The translations under genes were made by a program, and so were the position numbers. From contig NC_008818.1 in NCBI RefSeq assembly GCF_000015145.1, forward strand, positions 840,001 through 872,000: a DNA stretch of 32,000 nucleotides, in the 5' to 3' direction. Positions 9,192-15,548 of the stretch are shown here, in pieces; within the stretch, counting starts at the first letter, position 1; every line of letters begins with the position of its first letter. Source of the stretch: Hyperthermus butylicus DSM 5456 (GTDB lineage Archaea; Thermoproteota; Thermoprotei_A; Sulfolobales; Pyrodictiaceae). The notes beneath the pieces were generated by a model that saw nothing but the letters and a program-made list of their open reading frames with translations, did not search any database and was not told where the DNA came from.

Positions 9192-10397
9192 TTGAAGCTG
9201 CTACGTGTGCGCATACTTGCAAGGAAGGAGTATCTAGAGTTTATACGCGATCGACGCACAATAGTGTTAATGGCTGTTTCAGCGTTCCTCCTACCGCTCC
9301 TAGGCGTGCTTGTAACAGGACTTAAAACACAACAGGAAGCACTCGTAGCGATAGTTGACTGCGATAATGGCAGTTATTCTCTACAGTTAACAAGCCTTCT
9401 TGTCAAGACCTTCAACTCCACGCCTGGCTTTAGGGTTGAACGCATACTCGGTAACGGTTCATGTAGTCCTGTAGAGGGGGCAGTGTTAACCATAATTGTG
9501 CCGCGAGGGTTCACAGAGAATATGTCATCCATCGACAAGCCGGGCTACGTGTTTCTCTATAAGCTCGTTGGCAGTACAGCTGCAGAAGATGCTACCTCCA
9601 TAGCCAGGTACGTGGTATACCAGTTTTCGAGGCTCGTTGCTGAGCATCGTGTAGAGCTACTGGCGGAACAGGCAGGTATAAGCGTAGATCCCAAATATGT
9701 ACTTGATCCGGTGCGCGTCGCCTCCAAGACCGTGACTGTCGAGGGTAGGCCAGCAACTGAGGCTCAGGAGAGACAGGCTATGGTTGCTCGGTTCTTGGCA
9801 TTCTCTGTCTTCTTCGTGCTGAATCCGGCTGCCGTTGCAGTTGCAGACTCTATTGCTAGGGAGCGAGAGCTGGGCACCGGGGAGCTGTTAGCTGTCTCTC
9901 CCATAACAAGGTGGGAGCTCGTACTTGGAAAGACCGTTGGAGGGCTAGTTGTTGCAAGTATTGCTGCTGGCCTCGACCTGGCAGCTGCACTAGCCTACAT
10001 AGAGTTCTCCGGAGCACTAGTAGGATTTGAAATGGCTTGGTTCCACGCGCTACAGGTTGTGCTGGCCGTACTGGTTACAGCCGCTATAACAATGCTTGTC
10101 ACGCTACTAATACCTGGACGGCGCGCCGCCACCATGGTTGCTAGCCTCGTAACCGGTGCCGCGACACTAATCTTCTTTGCAACCCTCTTCGTAGACCTTA
10201 CCTCACTTCCCCCCATTATCAAGGTCGCACTCTACGCGATACCCTACACTCATACAGCACTAGCAATACTATCATACGCGCTAGGCGACACTATTACGGC
10301 ATTCCTTCACACAATGCTCATCACTGGATTAACAGTCGTCGCCATCTATGCCGCAGCGTCGCTATATAGGCCAGATAGGCTTGTTAAGAGATGGTAG
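9192..10397 (+). CDS. ABC-2 family transporter permease
   Basis: 401 aa. N-terminal KEYLEFIRDRRT motif followed by a TM helix, a large loop and then multiple hydrophobic helices. Immediately downstream of the ATPase gene. TTG start. Confidence 0.8.
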   Translation: MKLLRVRILARKEYLEFIRDRRTIVLMAVSAFLLPLLGVLVTGLKTQQEALVAIVDCDNGSYSLQLTSLLVKTFNSTPGFRVERILGNGSCSPVEGAVLTIIVPRGFTENMSSIDKPGYVFLYKLVGSTAAEDATSIARYVVYQFSRLVAEHRVELLAEQAGISVDPKYVLDPVRVASKTVTVEGRPATEAQERQAMVARFLAFSVFFVLNPAAVAVADSIARERELGTGELLAVSPITRWELVLGKTVGGLVVASIAAGLDLAAALAYIEFSGALVGFEMAWFHALQVVLAVLVTAAITMLVTLLIPGRRAATMVASLVTGAATLIFFATLFVDLTSLPPIIKVALYAIPYTHTALAILSYALGDTITAFLHTMLITGLTVVAIYAAASLYRPDRLVKRW

Positions 10398-10444
10398 ACA
10401 TGTGCAGGGATGATGTCTGCGCCGCCGCAGACGAACCCCCGGCG

Positions 10445-10517
10445 AGCCCCAGGCAAGGAAAGACCGGAGGGGGCGATGAGCGGGGAGGCCGCACTGACCC
10501 CGCTAAATCTGGCTACA
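10445..10517 (+). ncRNA. Candidate structured RNA: K-turn hairpin (GAUGA/CUGA) with an ACA 14 nt 3' of its base (H/ACA-like or other L7Ae-binding RNA)
   Basis: GGG(10469-71)-GGC-GAUGA(10475-79)-[GCGG-loop-CCGC]-A-CUGA(10494-97)-CCC(10498-500). A possible lower stem AGCC..AGG (10445-53) pairs with UCUGGCU (10508-14), followed by ACA 10515-17. Strand and extent are uncertain. Confidence 0.3.
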
Positions 10518-10917
10518 CCCAGTACGTTAAACAACCTGGCAAGCAGCGCCAGACGATACCGCGAAAACAAGTATATGAAACTCGCTGGCGGCAGCCTATA
10601 CCTTGAGAATCCTTGAACCCCATCTAGAGTTATTGGAGGCTAAAACTTCAAGTTATTGTTGCATCCCACGGCCAGACCATGTTCATGACGTCTTCCCTTC
10701 TATTGTTAGTAAACTCCAAACCACCTACGTTATACTACGATATATTACGTGATCGGTGCCACTCACTGCACATGCTAAGCTATACCACTGCTATTATTCC
10801 ACATGCTATGCATCAGCCTATCACGTTCATTGCCTCAGCGGGTTACACATAAACACTCATAAACGCTGGTCCGTTGACCAAGATGATAGGTGAAGAGTTA
10901 GAGATTACACCCTCTCT

Positions 10918-11208
10918 TTACCTACTATCCACATTATTTCTTTTTTCACTAAACACACTCTCATAGTCCAATATACGGCCAAGGGTTCTCCTACATTCCG
11001 TCACGCCTTTAACGTATTTTGTAACCTCCCCTTCCCGGAAAGAGACCAGCGCGAGCCTTTTATCAGCATCGTATTCCATATACTTTACGTTGCTAGCATT
11101 TACTGCCAGACTTTCAAAGAAGCGGCGCGGGTTCTCTACTGCACACAGGCTATCGGTGCTAAACACGCCTTTATCTGCATGCAATACCACCCTCCCATTC
11201 ATGAGCAC
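10918..11208 (-). CDS. Hypothetical small protein (about 94-96 aa) in the low-GC island
   Basis: ORF with GTG 11208 or ATG 11202 as start. No motif recognised. Confidence 0.4.
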   Translation of the reverse strand: MLMNGRVVLHADKGVFSTDSLCAVENPRRFFESLAVNASNVKYMEYDADKRLALVSFREGEVTKYVKGVTECRRTLGRILDYESVFSEKRNNVDSR

Positions 11209-11805
11209 TGTTACCGTATCGGCTTCCAGAATTGCTGGCGTAACGACATGATATGCTCTAATGTATTATTTGATTCTAGTTACCTTAAGGTATAACTCGC
11301 AGCTAGAAGCTCTGACATGCAGGCAGTTTTACACTCTTGCTGCAACGCTCATTGCTGTGCCGATGCCGGCGTAGTAGAACTCGATAACCGTTATCTTGCC
11401 GCTCGGGAAAGCTGATGCCTCTGCGAGCTATGTTAGCTTTGCTGACTAGAGATAATGTTATTGAATTCTGGATGAAACAACAAATAAAAAGTTCGTTCTT
11501 TATGATATTGAACCTTGTCACTGATTGTATTTGCCGTAAGGCCATGCCATAGATAGGGCTGTAGTATACATAGGGGCTACTTTCATGGTTTAGCTTAATG
11601 ACTATGCAAAAACTAAGATTAGTATGAATGAAAAGCTAGATCTATAACTATTGCGGATAAAAGGTAAGCTTGACGGGCTGTATAAAGGTGCAAGCAGGTA
11701 GCTGCCGTTGCTCTTGTTAGCGCAGCGACAATCTGGTATTTATATTGGAATAACGACGAATGATGGCTACATGGATAGTACGTTGCTCTGGTGCTGTATT
11801 GATCG

Positions 11806-12654
11806 CTACTTTGGCATTGCTATTACAATTTCTTGCAGTGAATTGTATTGGGATAAGCTGATTATGTGTGTTTCATAGTCGCTGTTTGCTAGTATTGCTT
11901 CTATTTTCTCAGCTATTTTCCTACCATGTACCTCTACTACAATCTGTTTAATTAGTTCAGGATTTAGTATTCCCATTTTTGCAGCATCCTGAATTATTTT
12001 CTCTTCATGGCCTTCAACATCAATCTTCATTAGGTCAATCTGGCTTAGCCCATGTTCCCTGAGTAGAGTCGCCAGACGTACTGTTCTCGTTGAAATGATG
12101 TATGACGGACTGCTCCATCCTAGCTGTTTCAGATAGCTTGTTTCAAGCGATGCATTTGCCCAGTATGGGGGAACGTAAAGGCGTGCTAGGCATCCATCGC
12201 AGATTGATACTGCTCTAGGATCTACGCGGGCCACGCTCTGGAGCTGGTTGAACTGGAGATTTCGGTATAGTATGCTGCGCGCGTGGTGGTTTGGCTCAAC
12301 CACTATAAACAGACCTTGCCTGTTTACGAGTTGAGCTGCACGAATAGTGAAGAAGCCTAGATATGCGCCTATGTCCACTATGGTGGAGCCAGGTTTTATT
12401 TTAACCGTTGTCCCGAGCTGGTAGTCGTTAAAGCAGAATATGTGGAGTATATTTGCCCAGGCCTCGGGGAGCTGGCTGCATGGTACTGCAAGCCTGGCAC
12501 CCTTCACTATTACCGTCAGCTCAGTGCAGCATATCCCGCCGGCCTCTACTGCCTCAATGAGCTGAGCTATACTGTGCTCGTCTATGCATCCTTTAGAGTT
12601 TTCTGCGAGCCAGGCAATGTATTCCCTGTCACTCATAGGTTCTGTTTGGCTCAA
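11806..12654 (-). CDS. FkbM-family SAM-dependent methyltransferase
   Basis: The TIVDIGAYLGFFT motif resembles the FkbM D(V/I)GANxG SAM-binding loop. About 280 aa. ATG 12636 is the likely true start, and the longest ORF starts at TTG 12654. Confidence 0.7.
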   Translation of the reverse strand: MSQTEPMSDREYIAWLAENSKGCIDEHSIAQLIEAVEAGGICCTELTVIVKGARLAVPCSQLPEAWANILHIFCFNDYQLGTTVKIKPGSTIVDIGAYLGFFTIRAAQLVNRQGLFIVVEPNHHARSILYRNLQFNQLQSVARVDPRAVSICDGCLARLYVPPYWANASLETSYLKQLGWSSPSYIISTRTVRLATLLREHGLSQIDLMKIDVEGHEEKIIQDAAKMGILNPELIKQIVVEVHGRKIAEKIEAILANSDYETHIISLSQYNSLQEIVIAMPK

Positions 12655-12685
12655 AAGGTTCCCCCAGAAATGACGTCATGCTACA

Positions 12686-12695
12686 CGATATTAGG
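12686..12695 (+). promoter_or_regulatory. TATA-like box (CGATATTAGG) for sRNA at 12719-12790
   Basis: Centred about 27 nt upstream of AUGGGG at 12719. It shares the ATATTAG core with the box at 27181-27189. Confidence 0.5.
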
Positions 12696-12718
12696 CTTAG
12701 CCAGCTAGACTAGATAGG

Positions 12719-12790
12719 ATGGGGATGAGGCTCTGGGGGCTCCACGAGCCCCAGGAGGGGCTGTGAAGAATAGTCCCATCACCGACCCAT
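12719..12790 (+). ncRNA. Box C/D-architecture sRNA with non-canonical boxes (C AUGAGGC, D' ACGA, C' GUGAAGA, D CCGA)
   Basis: AUGGG(12719-23)-GAU-GAGGC(12727-31)-12 nt-ACGA(12744-47)-[GCCCC-AGGA-GGGGC 12748-61]-UGU-GAAGA(12765-69)-12 nt-CCGA(12782-85)-CCCAU(12786-90). A 5-bp terminal stem abuts the D box. A 3-nt bulge precedes both GA dinucleotides. Confidence 0.7.
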
Positions 12791-12845
12791 GACTTGGGAG
12801 TTAAGGTATTAGGGCTCTACAGCGTCAAGCTCCTGCCTCTGGCGG

Positions 12846-12914
12846 GTGATGAGCTGGGTCCTTCCGGTTGCCCGCGGAGGCTGCCAAGCCGATGTCGATG
12901 GTTTCGCGCACTGA
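12846..12914 (+). ncRNA. Weak candidate box C/D sRNA (canonical C and D boxes, no convincing C'/D')
   Basis: GUGAUGA 12846-52 and CUGA 12911-14 lie 58 nt apart. There is no terminal stem and the internal boxes are degenerate. It could instead be the 5' leader of ORF 12940. Confidence 0.3.
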
Positions 12915-12939
12915 CGTTCAATAAGGGGGTGAGCAATGG

Positions 12940-14244
12940 TTGCGGCTTAAGGTTCTAGGATGTAGCGGTGTTGGAGGCATTGTCGATGCTCCGGCATCAC
13001 TCTGGGATGCCTTGGTAAAGCTAGCACTCGTAGCCATTAAGGGGGAAGGCAGAGTCGAAGGTGTTCCTGCTTCAAGCAGGTGTATCCGGAGCCTACTTGA
13101 CCTAATGCGTGGACTTGGCTTTGACGTACGGCTCGCTGCTGGAGTTGTAGAAGCTAAACATGTAAGTGAGCCGAGACGCAGCATTAGCGTTAATATCGAC
13201 TGTGGACTCTTCCTCGGAGCTATCGCCCTAGCAGTAGCATCTCAGTACCTGGAGCCTGGTGTAACACTTGTACTGAGGGCCCGAAACGAGAGACTGTTAA
13301 AGGCTGATCTGCGGGGCCTGCTTGAGTTTGCTACTGCTCTTGGCTTGCGGGCATGGCCAGGTGGATCGCTTTCACGCCTAGTTATCGTTGAAGCTACGAG
13401 TGTTGGACCACTTGCAAGACCAATTAAGCTCTATACGGGGCAAGGCTACATTGCTGCTGCAGCTCTTCTAGCCCTGGCAGGGAGAGGCGGTACACTCTAC
13501 CTGCCACCTTGGAAGCCTCTTCGGGGGAGAAGAAGGCTAGAACACGTAGCAGCAATATTATCCGCTTTGGGTTACCTAGTCGAAACCACCACAATAATCC
13601 GGGTCAAACCCAGCGAGGGTAAGGCAGAGCTTAGGGTAGCGCAGGGCTATGCTGAAACCCTCCTGTTAGCTGCTCTTGTTGCTCCCTGTGCCAGGGGAGG
13701 CATCATAGAGGTTCAAGGACTCCCCGAGCAACAGTGGGGCGATGAGAAGGATGTTGAGTATCTACTAGCAGCCATGGGATACAACATTGAACGTAACTGC
13801 AGCAGAGGAGTATGCAGCTTGAAACTGCGCTGGGAGGAGCCCAGGAGCCTTACATTCAGTGTAGAGGAGTCCCCAAGCCTCGCCTATGGCGTTACAGCGC
13901 ATGCAGCAGCTTGGGGTAACACTGTAGTGTCAGGACTTGCCACACTTGCTAATGAAGTACCTGGAGTCGAGACTGTTGAAAAGGCTCTCCAAATGCTCGG
14001 CGTGGAGGCCTATCTTGAGGAGGCTGGCGACCGCCTATACGTTGGGGAAATACCATTAGAGCTACAGGAAGGCTACATACCTGTTTTAGAGTGCTTAGGG
14101 AGTCCGCTAGCATGTTCAGCTGCTATAGCGTTGCTTCACCGGCTTGGCAAGGGAGCAGTAAACGGCGTCGAAAGCCTCGACGACCATGCTCCCGGCGTAC
14201 TTGAAGCAGCCCTAAAGCTCGGCATGGCGATCGACATAGCCTAG
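12940..14244 (+). CDS. EPSP-synthase/MurA/RtcA-fold (enolpyruvyl-transferase-like) protein, divergent, with canonical AroA catalytic motifs not conserved
   Basis: At 434 aa it is AroA-sized. The N-terminal pattern GGIVDAPASLWDALVKLALVAIKGEGRVEGVP...LMRGLGFDV parallels AroA G.I..PGSKS.S.RAL.LAALA.G...I.N......D.......L..LG. TTG start 8 nt after GGGGGTGAG. Confidence 0.45.
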   Translation: MRLKVLGCSGVGGIVDAPASLWDALVKLALVAIKGEGRVEGVPASSRCIRSLLDLMRGLGFDVRLAAGVVEAKHVSEPRRSISVNIDCGLFLGAIALAVASQYLEPGVTLVLRARNERLLKADLRGLLEFATALGLRAWPGGSLSRLVIVEATSVGPLARPIKLYTGQGYIAAAALLALAGRGGTLYLPPWKPLRGRRRLEHVAAILSALGYLVETTTIIRVKPSEGKAELRVAQGYAETLLLAALVAPCARGGIIEVQGLPEQQWGDEKDVEYLLAAMGYNIERNCSRGVCSLKLRWEEPRSLTFSVEESPSLAYGVTAHAAAWGNTVVSGLATLANEVPGVETVEKALQMLGVEAYLEEAGDRLYVGEIPLELQEGYIPVLECLGSPLACSAAIALLHRLGKGAVNGVESLDDHAPGVLEAALKLGMAIDIA

Positions 14245-14248
14245 CAGA

Positions 14249-14518
14249 ATGCTAAACCTTTATTTCCAAGAACCCGCTCTTCCCGGCAGCTTCTCTGGGG
14301 AGCTAGGCATGCCCGTAGGCCGCAAGTACACAGCATACCGTAAAGCACTAGAGCAGTTGAAGCTTAAGCAGCTAGACGTATACCGCTACAAGGATCACGA
14401 CGAGATCCGCCTACTCACACCCGACAACCGTGTCGTACTCGTTAAGCTGCCCAAGCACCGTGAAGAGATGACGGTTGAAGAGTTCATCGAGACTATTAAG
14501 AAAGAGCTAAGGCTCTAG
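14249..14518 (+). CDS. Hypothetical small protein (69-89 aa)
   Basis: ORF immediately downstream of the EPT-fold gene. The internal ATG at 14309 (MPVGRKY...) is plausible as the start. Its 3' end overlaps the convergent thyX by 12 nt. Confidence 0.45.
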   Translation: MLNLYFQEPALPGSFSGELGMPVGRKYTAYRKALEQLKLKQLDVYRYKDHDEIRLLTPDNRVVLVKLPKHREEMTVEEFIETIKKELRL

Positions 14519-15454
14519 CCCACCCCCGGTTTTTGCTGCATGCCTAAGGCATGACGGTATACCTTCGCGCGGCACCATCTCTGGACATCGCTGTATTGCG
14601 AAGCCACATCTTCTCTCTAGGAAGTCTACTAGTCTGCATGGCTGGTCGCGTACCCGGTTTTCCATGTAGACACAGCGTGGCCCAGCATAGGCGAATATCT
14701 CTGGGTGTATCCGGACTAGCTCTTTCCAGGCGCGCCATGCCAGCATCCTTATCTCCCATTGTGCATGGCTACACATGCGGAGCGGTAGGAAGCTCTCTAG
14801 GAGCTCTCTAGCATTCATAGTGAACACAATACGTGTACGGACAGCTTGGGGCAACAAGAATCTAGCATCCTCCCTCGGCACGCCAAGGCTTAGTAACCGA
14901 TAATACTTTGCAGCAGCTAGAAGATACGCTTCGACAGCCCCCCGGAGAGTTACATTATCGCCCGTAAGGCTTGGCGGGATGACAAATCCTTTAGATGCTA
15001 TGGACGCTAACGTAGCCGTATCAAGCACTGATACAGCTTTCTCCAGTACCAAAGCATAGGCTTCGTAGTCGCTGCGACCCCGCGGCTTCTCCGCACACTC
15101 CACGCCTAGAGCCTTACAGAGCTCTAGAGCCATGTTGCGTAGGAAGCCCTCTGTATACCTCATACTCTGCTGGGTATAGCTCGCAATACGGTGACGGACA
15201 AGCTGATGACTACACACACGGCTACACTCAGCCTCGAACGTGTACACGGCATGCTCCAAGGGAGAACCATGACCACGTCTTATAAGCTCCATAATCCATC
15301 GTTCAACCCCAGCCTCATCCATCTCCCAGGCTTTCTCGACTGGCTTCTTTGACACCGTGATCCGGGCAGCTGCCGCCACAAGCCGAGGAGCATCCTTGGT
15401 ATACCTTAGCAACCTAAGCCGAACAGGAGGTTCAAGTACCACTGTGGATTGCAA
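14507..15454 (-). CDS. thyX: FAD-dependent thymidylate synthase ThyX
   Basis: ThyX signature LVRHRIASYTQQSMRY (RHRxxSxxxxSxRY). 315 aa. TTG start. Confidence 0.9.
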   Translation of the reverse strand: MQSTVVLEPPVRLRLLRYTKDAPRLVAAAARITVSKKPVEKAWEMDEAGVERWIMELIRRGHGSPLEHAVYTFEAECSRVCSHQLVRHRIASYTQQSMRYTEGFLRNMALELCKALGVECAEKPRGRSDYEAYALVLEKAVSVLDTATLASIASKGFVIPPSLTGDNVTLRGAVEAYLLAAAKYYRLLSLGVPREDARFLLPQAVRTRIVFTMNARELLESFLPLRMCSHAQWEIRMLAWRAWKELVRIHPEIFAYAGPRCVYMENRVRDQPCRLVDFLERRCGFAIQRCPEMVPREGIPSCLRHAAKTGGGLEP

Positions 15455-15470
15455 TACTACCCTCAGAGAG

Positions 15471-15479
15471 ACATATAGT
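15471..15479 (-). promoter_or_regulatory. TATA box candidate (CACTATATG on minus strand) for thyX
   Basis: TATA lies about 17-24 nt upstream of the TTG start at 15454, consistent with a leaderless or short-leader transcript. Confidence 0.4.
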
Positions 15480-15548
15480 GACGAGACTACAGGGAATGAG
15501 CTGTGGCCAGATAATACTTCACTTCATTAGGAAAAGGATATCCCAGGA

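Larger units (their letters stand above)
10618..12700. other. Low-GC island (visibly AT-rich relative to flanks), likely horizontally acquired or decaying accessory DNA
   Basis: Composition drops abruptly after the GC-rich block ending about 10617 and recovers at about 12700. It holds only two credible ORFs plus about 600 nt (11209-11805) with no credible ORF. Confidence 0.6.

Noticed and set aside
10454-10470. Resemblance of AAGGAAAGACCGGAGG to the RNase P RNA CR-I element (GAGGAAAGUCCGGGC).
   Set aside because: No complementary P4 3' strand or CR-V (ACAGAA..CGGCUUA) was found. The whole GC-rich block is only about 220 nt, too short for a type A archaeal RNase P RNA.
10346-10616. Three mutually overlapping ORFs (74, 71 and 68 aa) on both strands downstream of the permease gene.
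   Set aside because: They occupy the same GC-rich, highly self-complementary block, have Arg/Pro/Gly-rich translations and no plausible start context. The block is better explained as structured non-coding sequence.
10398-10620. A tRNA gene as integration target at the left border of the low-GC island.
   Set aside because: No T-arm (GGTTCRAATCC-like sequence with a complementary stem), no acceptor stem/CCA geometry and no cloverleaf could be built on either strand.
10690-12685. Shared ATGACGTC 8-mer near both island borders (about 10686 and about 12672) as possible att direct repeats.
   Set aside because: It is only 8 nt, it is itself a palindrome (TGACGTCA core), and it is not positioned exactly at the composition boundaries. 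It is indistinguishable from chance.
12719-12775. Mini-ORFs starting at the AUG that opens the variant sRNAs (MGMRLWGLHEPQEGL* here, MGCEEARKG* at 27210).
   Set aside because: The peptides are unrelated to each other while the RNA boxes and spacings are conserved, so conservation is at the RNA level.
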